Origin: Candidatus Nomurabacteria bacterium | GTDB taxonomy: Bacteria > Patescibacteriota > Minisyncoccia > Phycocordibacterales > UBA9973 | Direction of reading: 5' to 3' | DNA length: 64,000 nt | NCBI GenBank assembly: GCA_023898605.1 | Contig: CP060230.1 | Location: 321,304-385,303 of the forward strand | Shown: piece by piece, positions 36,431 through 45,356 of the stretch | How the letters are laid out: each line of letters opens with the position of its first letter | Position numbering within the stretch: position 1 is the stretch's first letter | Program-made: the position numbers and the translations under genes | Notes under the pieces: model-generated | The model's database searches: none | Seen by the model: the letters and a program-made list of their open reading frames with translations, nothing else | Told to the model about the DNA's origin: nothing

Positions 36431-36955
36431 GTGCGTAAAGATTTCAGAATAAACAAAGAAATACGAGCAAAAGAACTTAGAGTCTTAGATGAAGAGGACA
36501 ATAATTTGGGTACCCTATCTTTTGAGGAGGCCCTAAAAATGGCCGAGGATAGAGAGCTAGATCTCATAGAAATAGCCCCGAAATCAAATCCTCCCGTAGC
36601 AAAAATAGCTGACTATGGTAAGTTTCTCTACCAACAGAACAAAAAGCTAAAGAAGAGCAAGTCGGGAGCAAAACCAACTGAAACAAAGAATATTCAGATC
36701 AAAGTTGGTACGGGAGATCATGACCTATCTATGAAAGCCAAGATGACTTCAGAATGGCTAGGAGAAGGACACAGGGTAAAAGTTGAGCTTTTTACAAGAG
36801 GAAGAATGAACTATATGGAAAAAGACTTTCTCAAGGAAAGACTCGAGAGAATCCTAAGATACATAACCGTACCCTACAAGATATCAGATGAATTCAAGAA
36901 AAGCGCAAAGGGATACTGTGTAACAATAGAAAGAGATACTTCTAAAAAAGAGTAA
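36431..36955 (+). CDS. infC: Translation initiation factor IF-3
   Basis: GTG start. ...RVLDEEDNNLGTLSFEEALKMAEDRELDLIEIAPKSNPPVAKIADYGKF...; 174 aa. Confidence 0.85.
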   Translation: MRKDFRINKEIRAKELRVLDEEDNNLGTLSFEEALKMAEDRELDLIEIAPKSNPPVAKIADYGKFLYQQNKKLKKSKSGAKPTETKNIQIKVGTGDHDLSMKAKMTSEWLGEGHRVKVELFTRGRMNYMEKDFLKERLERILRYITVPYKISDEFKKSAKGYCVTIERDTSKKE

Positions 36956-36961
36956 TTATAT

Positions 36962-37079
36962 CCCGAACGAAATAGCGAACGACTGAAAGGGATTATAAAA
37001 ACAAGGTCAAATTTACAAGATTTAATTATTAAATATCGAACAAAAACTAGAAACTGGTTCGCGTTCGATTTCGTACGGG
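36962..37079 (+). promoter_or_regulatory. Structured infC-rpmI intergenic element (long-range stem ending at the rpmI start codon)
   Basis: ATCCCGAACGAAATAGCGAACG (36964-36985) pairs with CGCGTTCGATTTCGTACGGGAT (37057-37078), enclosing about 70 nt. Confidence 0.35.
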
Positions 37080-37286
37080 ATGAAAACAAACAAATCAATC
37101 CTAAAAAGACTAAAAGTCTCAAAGAACGGTGTTGTTTCTGGAAGAAAATCCGGATTTAACCATTTCAATGCAAAGCAATCTAGATCAGTTCAGCTAGCAG
37201 GAAGAAACGAGGTTGAAGTAACACTTTCTAACAAGGCAAAAAACAATCTTAAAAATTCTATTAAAAGATCTAGCAAACTTTCATAA
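37080..37286 (+). CDS. rpmI: 50S ribosomal protein L35
   Basis: 68-aa basic protein lying between infC and rplT. Its K/R spacing is consistent with L35. Confidence 0.6.
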   Translation: MKTNKSILKRLKVSKNGVVSGRKSGFNHFNAKQSRSVQLAGRNEVEVTLSNKAKNNLKNSIKRSSKLS

Positions 37287-37291
37287 GGCTT

Positions 37292-37636
37292 ATGACAAGA
37301 GTAAAAAGAGGTGTAATAAAAAACAAGAGAAGAAAAAATGTACTATCGCAAGCAAAAGGTTACAGATTTGGTAGAAGCACAAAAGAAGCACAAGCCAAAG
37401 AAGCGATTAGAAAAGCTGGAACACATGCTTTCGCCCACAGAAAAGACAAAAAAAGCGATAGAAGAAGACTGTGGCAAGTTAGAATAAATGCAGCCGTTAG
37501 ACCACTAGGACTTTCTTATAGTAAATTTATAGACGGTCTAAAGAAAAACAATATAGGGGTAGATAGAAAAATACTCGCAGACCTAGCAGAAAACAACCCA
37601 AAAACTTTCGAAAACATCGTTTCAAAAGTTAAATAA
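37292..37636 (+). CDS. rplT: 50S ribosomal protein L20
   Basis: [29 protein letters not shown]...; 114 aa. Confidence 0.9.
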   Translation: MTRVKRGVIKNKRRKNVLSQAKGYRFGRSTKEAQAKEAIRKAGTHAFAHRKDKKSDRRRLWQVRINAAVRPLGLSYSKFIDGLKKNNIGVDRKILADLAENNPKTFENIVSKVK

Positions 37637-37638
37637 CA

Positions 37639-37662
37639 AAAAGCCCCATCTCGGGGCTTTTT
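37639..37662 (+). terminator. Rho-independent terminator after rplT
   Basis: AAAGCCCCATCTCGGGGCTTTTT. Confidence 0.55.
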
Positions 37663-37677
37663 GATTACCTAAAACAC

Positions 37678-37718
37678 ATTCTAAAAACACACCCGGCGAA
37701 AGTCGGGTGTTTTAGTTT
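37678..37718 (+). repeat. 41-bp direct repeat containing a terminator-like hairpin, copy 1
   Basis: ATTCTAAAAACACACCCGGCGAAAGTCGGGTGTTTTAGTTT; an identical copy lies at 38201-38241. Confidence 0.8.
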
Positions 37719-37731
37719 AAAATAGTACAAC

Positions 37732-38205
37732 TTGACTTTTTTATTAAATTATTATACAATAATGAAAAATAAACAAGCTCTTATGAAAAGATTACTGCTT
37801 TTTATATTATTCCTCTTAATTATTGGAATAATATTTGTACTTCCCAAAATGATTCCAGAAAAGAAAAGTGCTAAATTCAAGGAAGTGGCAAGAATTGTGG
37901 GGGTCGACACGTTGGAAGGGTTCTCTAGTCTGACCACTGGCACTCCCCCAAAAATTGTCATACAAATAGACTTCGACGATGACAACATTGAAGATGTACG
38001 GTCTGTATATGATGTTAGTCAAACTCCTGACCACGTCAAAAATGCCATAGAGTGGTACGAACACACAAGGATACTTCCTGAGCACTATCAATACCCCTGT
38101 ATTGTAAAAGTAAGTGCAACAAGAAATTCTGATTTGGTGGTCATTACTGACCACGCAGAAATACTTACCGACATAGACGGGAACTATGTCGGGTACACAT
38201 TCTAA
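37732..38205 (+). CDS. Hypothetical secreted or membrane-anchored protein
   Basis: 157-aa ORF; the likely start is the internal MKNKQALMKRLLLFILFLLIIGIIFV signal-anchor. Flanked by the 41-bp direct repeats. Confidence 0.4.
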   Translation: MTFLLNYYTIMKNKQALMKRLLLFILFLLIIGIIFVLPKMIPEKKSAKFKEVARIVGVDTLEGFSSLTTGTPPKIVIQIDFDDDNIEDVRSVYDVSQTPDHVKNAIEWYEHTRILPEHYQYPCIVKVSATRNSDLVVITDHAEILTDIDGNYVGYTF

Positions 38206-38241
38206 AAACACACCCGGCGAAAGTCGGGTGTTTTAGTTTGC
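38201..38241 (+). repeat. 41-bp direct repeat, copy 2
   Basis: Identical to 37678-37718. Confidence 0.8.
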
Positions 38242-38823
38242 TAGAGAATTTTCTTGTTTCTTTTTAGTTTTTATAACTTCTAGTATTTTGGAGACAAGTT
38301 CTTTTGGATCTGATTCGAAAATAACATTTTTATTATTTCTTATATCTTCTCCCGAAGCCTCTTTGATAAAACTATCTATTTTATTCTCTCCTTCCAATAT
38401 ACCTATTGGTTTTTCTTCTTGTAGCGCAACAAGAAGTTCTCCCAAAGATGGTACCCTACCGCAGCCCATTATAAGGGCGTCGCAAGATCGTATGAGAAGC
38501 AGACTTCTTCCCGTCATGCCAAAACCTGTATAGATATTCATATCAAGATAGTCTATGGGCATTCTGAAAACTTCTACATGTTCTTTTTCACTAGCTGCTG
38601 GAGAAAAGCCTATCGAAAATCCCCTAACCTCTTTGGCACCCATTGCTGCCCACAAAGGAAAACCTCCGGTAGATGGAGAAAGTAATATAGCCCCAGAAGA
38701 CGCTATTGCTCTACCGAGATCTTTTGCTTTATCTAGAGCATCTACACCACAGTGAGTAGTGTCAGAAGCACCTGATACACAAATCTTCGGTATGATATGA
38801 GAATGTTTGGCAGCTTTTTCCAT
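38233..38823 (-). CDS. LOG/TIGR00725-family Rossmann-fold nucleotide-binding protein
   Basis: 196 aa with PSTGGFPLWAAMGAKE...GFGMTGRSLL... glycine-rich segments. Confidence 0.5.
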   Translation of the reverse strand: MEKAAKHSHIIPKICVSGASDTTHCGVDALDKAKDLGRAIASSGAILLSPSTGGFPLWAAMGAKEVRGFSIGFSPAASEKEHVEVFRMPIDYLDMNIYTGFGMTGRSLLLIRSCDALIMGCGRVPSLGELLVALQEEKPIGILEGENKIDSFIKEASGEDIRNNKNVIFESDPKELVSKILEVIKTKKKQENSLAN

Positions 38824-38825
38824 AA

Positions 38826-40211
38826 CTACAATTCTAACATGAAAGTTTCACCCTTATCTGGAGCAACTGCATCGATAGCGAGATTATCTCTTAGTCTCTG
38901 AACTAGATGAAGAGAAGATCCTGGTTCCCCCATGACAACAAAAACTTTTTTTAGATTATCTGCACCCTCAGAAACAAACTTGAAAAGTCCGTCGCTATCT
39001 TTATGTCCAGAGTAACCGCTGATCTTTTCTATCTTTGCTTTTACTGGGACTTCTTCACCAAGGATATTGATTTTCTTTGCTCCATTTTCTATCTCCCTAC
39101 CCAGTGTTCCCTCTGACTGATATCCGATAAGAAGAAGTGTGTTTTTTGGATTTGGAAGATAATTTTTCTCGTGGTGTATAACCCTGCCACCAGAAGACAT
39201 ACCAGAACCAGCAAGTATTATCTTGGGACCATTGTGTTTCAAGATTTGTTTTGACTCTCTAGTTTCTAGCGTCTTTTGAAGGCCCTTGAACATAAATATG
39301 TCATCACCGCTCGCTATCAGATCTTTGACTGAGTCTTTGAAGTACTTGGAATATCTGCTGTATACAGAGGTAAGCCTTATCGCAAGTGGAGAATCTAGAT
39401 ATATAGGCATAGAAGGTATACGCTTGTTCTCAACAAAGTCATTTATTTCAAACAAAAGTTCTTGCGAACGCTCTAGAGAAAATGTCGGTATAACCAGTAT
39501 TCCGCCTCTTGTATAAGTATCCTCTATAACCTTTTCTAGTTTCTTTTTTCTCTCTGCCCTATCTTCATGGTTTCTGTCTCCGTATACACTTTCCATGATT
39601 AGATAATCTATATCTTTTGCTAGTGCCTCTGTATCTTTGAGTATAGGAGATGGTGAGTTCCCTAGGTCTCCAGTAAATACTATTTTCTTGCCATCAAAAA
39701 CAAAAGTTATCATAGCAGAGCCAAGTATGTGTCCTGCGTCTTTGAAATAGAAAGATAATCTGTCTGTTATTTTGACTTCCTGATGATAGTCAGCTGTCTT
39801 CCACAAGGCCATGACTCCACGAAGAGTTTTTTCTGTATATATTTTGTCTATTTCTTTGTCGTGGACCTTCCCCAGAATTACGTTTGTGTCTTCTAGCATT
39901 ATTTGTGCGATATCTTTAGATGGAATAGTAGAATATATCTCTCCTCTAAAACCTTCATAAACAAGCTTTGGTATTCTACCGACATGATCTATGTGTGAGT
40001 GCGTGACAACAAGATAATCTATTTCTAGTGGATCATATGGAAACTTTTCCCAGTTTTCTTCATCGGCAAGAGACGAACCTTGGAGCATACCGCAGTCAAC
40101 AAGTATTTTCTTATAACCATCTCTATCTGGAAATTCGATTAGAAAGTTAGCACCAGTAACACTACCTGCTCCACTGCAAAAAGTTATTTTTGGCTTATTG
40201 TCCTTGTTCAT
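38826..40211 (-). CDS. MBL-fold beta-CASP ribonuclease (RNA-metabolising metallo-beta-lactamase)
   Basis: VTHSHIDHVGRIP (HxHxDH) and a beta-CASP domain; 461 aa. Confidence 0.75.
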   Translation of the reverse strand: MNKDNKPKITFCSGAGSVTGANFLIEFPDRDGYKKILVDCGMLQGSSLADEENWEKFPYDPLEIDYLVVTHSHIDHVGRIPKLVYEGFRGEIYSTIPSKDIAQIMLEDTNVILGKVHDKEIDKIYTEKTLRGVMALWKTADYHQEVKITDRLSFYFKDAGHILGSAMITFVFDGKKIVFTGDLGNSPSPILKDTEALAKDIDYLIMESVYGDRNHEDRAERKKKLEKVIEDTYTRGGILVIPTFSLERSQELLFEINDFVENKRIPSMPIYLDSPLAIRLTSVYSRYSKYFKDSVKDLIASGDDIFMFKGLQKTLETRESKQILKHNGPKIILAGSGMSSGGRVIHHEKNYLPNPKNTLLLIGYQSEGTLGREIENGAKKINILGEEVPVKAKIEKISGYSGHKDSDGLFKFVSEGADNLKKVFVVMGEPGSSLHLVQRLRDNLAIDAVAPDKGETFMLEL

Positions 40212-40599
40212 ATTTTTTTGCTCTTTTTTTCAAGATTGATAAAAGTAGAAGTGCACTCAATGCTCCTGCTGTGTCAAAAAAAACATCAGAAATACTATCA
40301 AGAAGGCTTGTGAGTTCAGATATCTTTACTATCTTTTCTATGCTTACTTCATAAAGCTCCCATAGAAGTCCGATAAGTACAGTCAAAAGTATGGCTTTGT
40401 TTACGGTAAAACCAGAGCGTTTTATCTTGGCCATTATGTAAACGATAAGCAAGAATACAAAAACTCCACCAACAAAGTGCATAGGCATATCAAACCACCA
40501 ATAGTAAAAATACCAAGAGTATTTGGTGGCCAGAATATTTACAACAAAAAGAAGTATTCCGATAATAGAGGTAGTTATAAGAAGTTTTTTTCTGTTCAT
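40195..40599 (-). CDS. Small integral membrane protein (VanZ-like)
   Basis: 134 aa with 4 TM helices. Confidence 0.4.
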   Translation of the reverse strand: MNRKKLLITTSIIGILLFVVNILATKYSWYFYYWWFDMPMHFVGGVFVFLLIVYIMAKIKRSGFTVNKAILLTVLIGLLWELYEVSIEKIVKISELTSLLDSISDVFFDTAGALSALLLLSILKKRAKKYEQGQ

Positions 40600-40639
40600 T
40601 ATATGAGAAATTATATCATGCGACAGAGTCTAAAAAAAC

Positions 40640-40666
40640 AAAAAATCCGAGAAAATCGGATTTTTT
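40640..40666. terminator. Bidirectional terminator
   Basis: AAAAAATCCGAGAAAATCGGATTTTTT. Confidence 0.5.
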
Positions 40667-40870
40667 GTTTAGGACCATTTGACATAGTGTTTGCCCTAGC
40701 TTTATACCAGGTGAGTGCAGGAGAGAGCACCCCACGGAGTACCCTCATGCCACGCTCTCATACACAAGACGTTCTAGGAAACATCTTTTCAAATGATCCT
40801 ATATTAATTTTAGTTTATATTTTTTTATATACAACTAGACAGGTTTTATATTTGTTGCAAATTGGAAAGA

Positions 40871-41482
40871 TTATTCTGTTAGACCATCCAAATTCACATC
40901 GTAAAGCATTGCTTCAGAAACAAGTCTGTAGTTTAGTATTTCTTTTTCAGAAAACCATACAGAAACTTCGTTGTTGTAAGCATCTTCTCCGTCAGCTGGA
41001 TCTGTACAGTGGATCAAGTTTCTCAAACCTCTAGACTCATCTGTATCACAAAGGAAATATGAATCTAGTGCAAAGTCTCCTCTTATAGTTCCAGTGTCTG
41101 CAGTTGTTGGTTCAGTTCCTCCAACGAGTCTTTTTACTACAGCTTGTGCACTATTACCCTCTACAACCATAACAACTACCGGACTAGCACACATATAGTG
41201 AACCATTGTTCTTATTATATCTTTTCCATACTCTATAGCTTCTTTTTCGACAGGTTTACCAAGTTTTTTTCTATTCTCTACGATACCTCTACCCTTTCTT
41301 TCGTACCAAGCATCATCTTTGTTGTAGTGCTTGAATATAGTTTCTTCGTCAGCTTGTATCATTTTCATGGCTACGATTTTTAGTCCGATTCTCTCAAATC
41401 TCTTGATTACTTCACCAACAAGACCTCTTTGTAGTGTGTCCGGTTTTAGTATTACAAATGTTTTTTCTTTCTTTGGATGCAT
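40871..41482 (-). CDS. ndk: Nucleoside diphosphate kinase, with N-terminal and internal extensions
   Basis: ...TFVILKPDTLQRGLVGEVIKRFERIGLKIVAMKM... and NLIHCTD (active-site His) ...VSVWF. Confidence 0.75.
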   Translation of the reverse strand: MHPKKEKTFVILKPDTLQRGLVGEVIKRFERIGLKIVAMKMIQADEETIFKHYNKDDAWYERKGRGIVENRKKLGKPVEKEAIEYGKDIIRTMVHYMCASPVVVMVVEGNSAQAVVKRLVGGTEPTTADTGTIRGDFALDSYFLCDTDESRGLRNLIHCTDPADGEDAYNNEVSVWFSEKEILNYRLVSEAMLYDVNLDGLTE

Positions 41483-41555
41483 ATATTAGTTATTAGCTTT
41501 TAGATTTCTAGTAAAAACCAAAGACACTATAACAGATATCGATTAAAAAACAAAC

Positions 41556-44279
41556 TTATGATTTTCTATATTTTTCCATGATTTCTTTCTCTACAATCTC
41601 TCTTTCTCTACCGTATTTCAAGCTAGAAAGCTCCTTTATTCTCTCCCCCGCCTCTCTGTCGCCGTTTGGATTATCGACAGTTCTGATAGAAAACGGTCTA
41701 TCTGTCGGTGCACCGCGAACAATCATAGACATATATGCATGCCTATTCTCAAGTTTTATAATATCGCTCGCAGAAAAAGTCGGAGCAAACTTTGGTTCTA
41801 GAAACTCTGCATCTTCTGGCGAAACTCGGAATACGGCCATAGAACCAACGTTACCAAATACAGCATTTTTTATATCATCATCCAATTGAGAAATATATTG
41901 GTGAGCAACGTTTAGAGAAAGCTTGTATTTTCTAGCTTCAGAAAGTATAGAAGAGATAGATGGTGTTGTTACGTTTTGGAATTCATCTATATATAGATAG
42001 AAGTTTGGTATATCAGAACCAACAGAATCTACTCTTGAAAGTGCTGCCATCTGGATTTTTCCTACAAGAATAAGTCCGATGAGAGAAGAGTTTATTTCTC
42101 CTAATTTTCCCTTGGAAAGATTTACTAGAAGTATTTTCTTTTCATCCATAATCTTCCTGAAATCAAAAGCCGATTTCTGTTGACCAATAACTGGTCTCAT
42201 GATGTCGTTTGATATAAGTGGATCAAACTTGCTCGAGATATAAGGCACGAAGTTTGAAAGTCCAGCCTCTCCAGTCGTCGCCTCGGCTGCTCTCCAGAAC
42301 TCTTTGATTATAGGATTTTGGCATTTGGATAGTTTGTAATCTCTGTAACTCTTGTCTTGCAAGACTCTAGTTATTTCCATGAGTGTTGAGCCACTTTCTG
42401 GGTCCTCCATAACCAAAAGTGCACTATTTCTGAAGTATTGTTCAAACTGTGGACCTCCAGCAACCTTCATATCATAAAGTTGGTTGAAGATGTTTATCAT
42501 CTCGTTTACAACAAAAGTTTTTTGTTCTGGCTTACTATAATCATACTCGAGCATGTTGAGACCCATAGGTCTAGATATATCACTAGGATCAAAGTATATG
42601 ACGTCATCATATCTTTCTGGCGGAATATAAGAAAGTATATCTAGAACATCTGATCCGTGTGGATCTATAAAGCAGCAACCTTCACCATTTTTAATATCTT
42701 GATAAACTAGATTCTTTAGAATAGAAGTCTTACCAGTACCCGTCTGACCTATAACATAAAGGTGTCTCAATCTATCTTCCGACGACATAAATACAGGTTT
42801 GTTTGTACCACGATAGGTGTTTTCTCCTATCAGGACCCCTTCTTCTGGCATTCCAGTAGGAACGGGCGCTTCGCCAGACTTTGCAGTTTTTAGGTGGGGG
42901 AGCTTCTCCACTCTCTTTGGGAAGTGTATTATGCTAGATATTTCTTTTAGGTTTAGTGGGAAGGATCTATCTTCTTCGTATTCTCGATAAATAAACTTCT
43001 TGATGAAATCTTTCTCTCCCCTATCTGTTATAGAAACAGGAACGAGTCTGTTTGATCCTGCCTCTCCAAACTGATTAAATGCAGATATTATTTCTTCCAA
43101 AATCTGATTTGATCTAGATTTGCTTGAAGAAGAAGCGATTATTCTTATAGAAACACTGCAGAAACTAGATGCCATTTTTTCTATGACTCTTTCTATACCC
43201 TTTTCGTCTATCTTTTTTTCTTCATTTTCTACTTCTTTTTTGGGAGAAGAAAAAATCTTCTTTACTTCTCTTAATGTGTCTTTTGTTTCGGATCCATATT
43301 CTGGCTTTTTGCCATCTCGTAGATTGTCTAGAACTTTTGAAATCTTTTTCAAAACCTTATCCCCTTCTGGTCTTACTAGTATCTGAACTGCTGCTCCTTC
43401 ACCCTCTTTTTTTAGTTTGGAAAAAACATTCAAGATTATATTGAGTGGATCATATTCCATCTTGTCATAAGTTTTGATAGGAAAAGCAGGTATATTGTCG
43501 AGAGACAAAAACGCGGCTTTTGTCTCACCACCTTCTACAAATATATTGTAGTCATCTACCTCTTCTGTTATTTTTGCATCGGGATGTATACCGAGAACCA
43601 TTTTCTCAAGTAGATCTACTTTTTCTCCGGGAACAGCAACGTAGAAAACCACCTCTTCACCAAAAGAAGACTGTGCGATTTCCAAGCTGTAATAATCTTT
43701 GCCTCGATTACTTCTAACTTCACCCACAGAAGACATGCCAGCTAAAAACTGTTCCATCTTGGCGATAATTTCTCTGTGAGATTTTTCTTTGTCCCCATCA
43801 GAAGATGTGTCTGGAATAGTTATTTCAAAAAGTCTCATATTGAGTCTTTTATATAACTCGGCAGTATTCTTGAGTCCTGGAATTTCTTTTCCACTAACAA
43901 GATACTGGACCAAAAACCTATGAAAATCATCGTATACGTGAGGATTGTTTAGCTTCTCAGCAACTGAAATAGCGTTCTTTATACCCTTTGAAAGAAGCAC
44001 TCCTAGAAGCTCCTCCATTACATTGTCATGGGGTTCTGGAGAAAGTCTGAGCACTATCTCATCTTTACTTTTTTCAGGAATAGACATTTTTGGGTGAAGT
44101 ATGTCGCCCTCATCTACCTGTCTGTATTTTTCTACCAAGTCAGAAGCTATGTACTCTTTTTCTTTTGTGATTCCTCTTTCTCGAAGAGCTCTTTCTGCAA
44201 CCTCTATCCTTTCTCTCAAAAAAGCCAGTTCATCTTCTGGATTCTCGAAAGACTCTTTCTTTTGAAGAAATTTTTCCAT
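41556..44279 (-). CDS. Large P-loop ATPase of the HerA/FtsK/VirD4 (DUF87-type) superfamily
   Basis: 907 aa. The C-terminal half has Walker A VIGQTGTGKTS, FIDPHGSD and Walker B YLYIDEFQN. The N-terminal roughly 450 aa has no recognised motif. Confidence 0.5.
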   Translation of the reverse strand: MEKFLQKKESFENPEDELAFLRERIEVAERALRERGITKEKEYIASDLVEKYRQVDEGDILHPKMSIPEKSKDEIVLRLSPEPHDNVMEELLGVLLSKGIKNAISVAEKLNNPHVYDDFHRFLVQYLVSGKEIPGLKNTAELYKRLNMRLFEITIPDTSSDGDKEKSHREIIAKMEQFLAGMSSVGEVRSNRGKDYYSLEIAQSSFGEEVVFYVAVPGEKVDLLEKMVLGIHPDAKITEEVDDYNIFVEGGETKAAFLSLDNIPAFPIKTYDKMEYDPLNIILNVFSKLKKEGEGAAVQILVRPEGDKVLKKISKVLDNLRDGKKPEYGSETKDTLREVKKIFSSPKKEVENEEKKIDEKGIERVIEKMASSFCSVSIRIIASSSSKSRSNQILEEIISAFNQFGEAGSNRLVPVSITDRGEKDFIKKFIYREYEEDRSFPLNLKEISSIIHFPKRVEKLPHLKTAKSGEAPVPTGMPEEGVLIGENTYRGTNKPVFMSSEDRLRHLYVIGQTGTGKTSILKNLVYQDIKNGEGCCFIDPHGSDVLDILSYIPPERYDDVIYFDPSDISRPMGLNMLEYDYSKPEQKTFVVNEMINIFNQLYDMKVAGGPQFEQYFRNSALLVMEDPESGSTLMEITRVLQDKSYRDYKLSKCQNPIIKEFWRAAEATTGEAGLSNFVPYISSKFDPLISNDIMRPVIGQQKSAFDFRKIMDEKKILLVNLSKGKLGEINSSLIGLILVGKIQMAALSRVDSVGSDIPNFYLYIDEFQNVTTPSISSILSEARKYKLSLNVAHQYISQLDDDIKNAVFGNVGSMAVFRVSPEDAEFLEPKFAPTFSASDIIKLENRHAYMSMIVRGAPTDRPFSIRTVDNPNGDREAGERIKELSSLKYGREREIVEKEIMEKYRKS

Positions 44280-44358
44280 ACTATGAATTATACATCATCG
44301 TGACCCCACAAAAAACAAAAACGCCCCAAATTAGGAGCGTTTTTGAAAAAATGTAAAA

Positions 44359-44880
44359 TTACATTCCAGAAGACATATTCTCTGTAGCCATAGACTGCTC
44401 TTCTTTTGGCATATCTTGTGCTGGTGCACCTCCTTTGTCATGAGAACATGATGATCCGCAACAGTTGTCACTTTTGCACATCATACAATGTCCACCACAT
44501 TTACAGTGTTTTGCCACAGAATACTTTCCAGCTCCTAGTGTAGCCAAAGCCACAGCAGAAGTTAGAGCTAGTACATCTACTTCCATTGCCATAAATCCAA
44601 GCTTCATCTTTACAAAGAAAATAGATCCGAGCATGATAGCCACAACACCATAAGCAGCGTATCTTACGAATACACCAAATGTAAATGCTAGTCCTGCTAG
44701 AACCTCGACAATCATAACTATCCAAGCCAAAAATGCTGGAAGGTTAACGCTTTGGAAAAAAGCGATAGTGTCGCCCATGTTCATAGCCTTGCCAACTCCG
44801 TGGAACAAGAAAACAGCAGCCAAACCAAACCTTAGTATCAAAAGGCCTAGATCGCCACAACTGCAAGATTTTTTCATCAT
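44359..44880 (-). CDS. DoxX-family membrane protein with a Cys-rich C-terminal tail
   Basis: DoxX-like 4-TM core (LRFGLAAVFLFHGVGK...) followed by CKCGGHCMMCKSDNCCGSSCSHD. Confidence 0.6.
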   Translation of the reverse strand: MMKKSCSCGDLGLLILRFGLAAVFLFHGVGKAMNMGDTIAFFQSVNLPAFLAWIVMIVEVLAGLAFTFGVFVRYAAYGVVAIMLGSIFFVKMKLGFMAMEVDVLALTSAVALATLGAGKYSVAKHCKCGGHCMMCKSDNCCGSSCSHDKGGAPAQDMPKEEQSMATENMSSGM

Positions 44881-44962
44881 AATAAAACTTTTACCAGGCC
44901 CAAACGGGCCAATATACTATTAATACATTTATTATACTATAAGTTACTTTTACAGAAAAAGA

Positions 44963-45355
44963 TTACTTTTCCTCTTTTTTGTGTTCAAAATCAAGTGAGC
45001 AAGAATTGACACAGAAGTGTTGGCCCGTCTTTGACTCATCGTCTCCAAAAAGATGTCCCAAGTGTGCTCCGCAGTTTTTGCAAACAATTTCTTCTCTAAC
45101 CATACCGAGAGATCTATCTTCTCTTTTTTCTATTGCATCTGGAAGTGCGTTGTCAAAAGCAGGCCAACCGCGTAATCCCATAGGCCCCTTGCTAGAATCC
45201 ATCTTTGTACTTGAGTCAAAAAGTTTGACTCCGCAGTTTTTACAATGATAAAATCCATCATCATTGTAATCCCAGTATTTGCCAGAAAATGGCGCCTCTG
45301 CTGCACCATCGTGAATAACCTTCTTCTCTTCTTCTGTTAGATCTTTGTTTTGCAT
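44963..45355 (-). CDS. msrB: Peptide-methionine (R)-S-oxide reductase MsrB
   Basis: Two CxxC pairs, GWPAF, HLGHLF and RHCVNS-type motifs; 130 aa. Confidence 0.85.
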   Translation of the reverse strand: MQNKDLTEEEKKVIHDGAAEAPFSGKYWDYNDDGFYHCKNCGVKLFDSSTKMDSSKGPMGLRGWPAFDNALPDAIEKREDRSLGMVREEIVCKNCGAHLGHLFGDDESKTGQHFCVNSCSLDFEHKKEEK

Positions 45356-45356
45356 A

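Noticed and set aside
40477-41034. 185-aa plus-strand ORF spanning the intergenic region and the 3' end of ndk
   Set aside because: It crosses a terminator, a promoter-like region and antisense ndk. There is no RBS and no coherent domain. The region is better explained as the terminator plus a candidate ncRNA.
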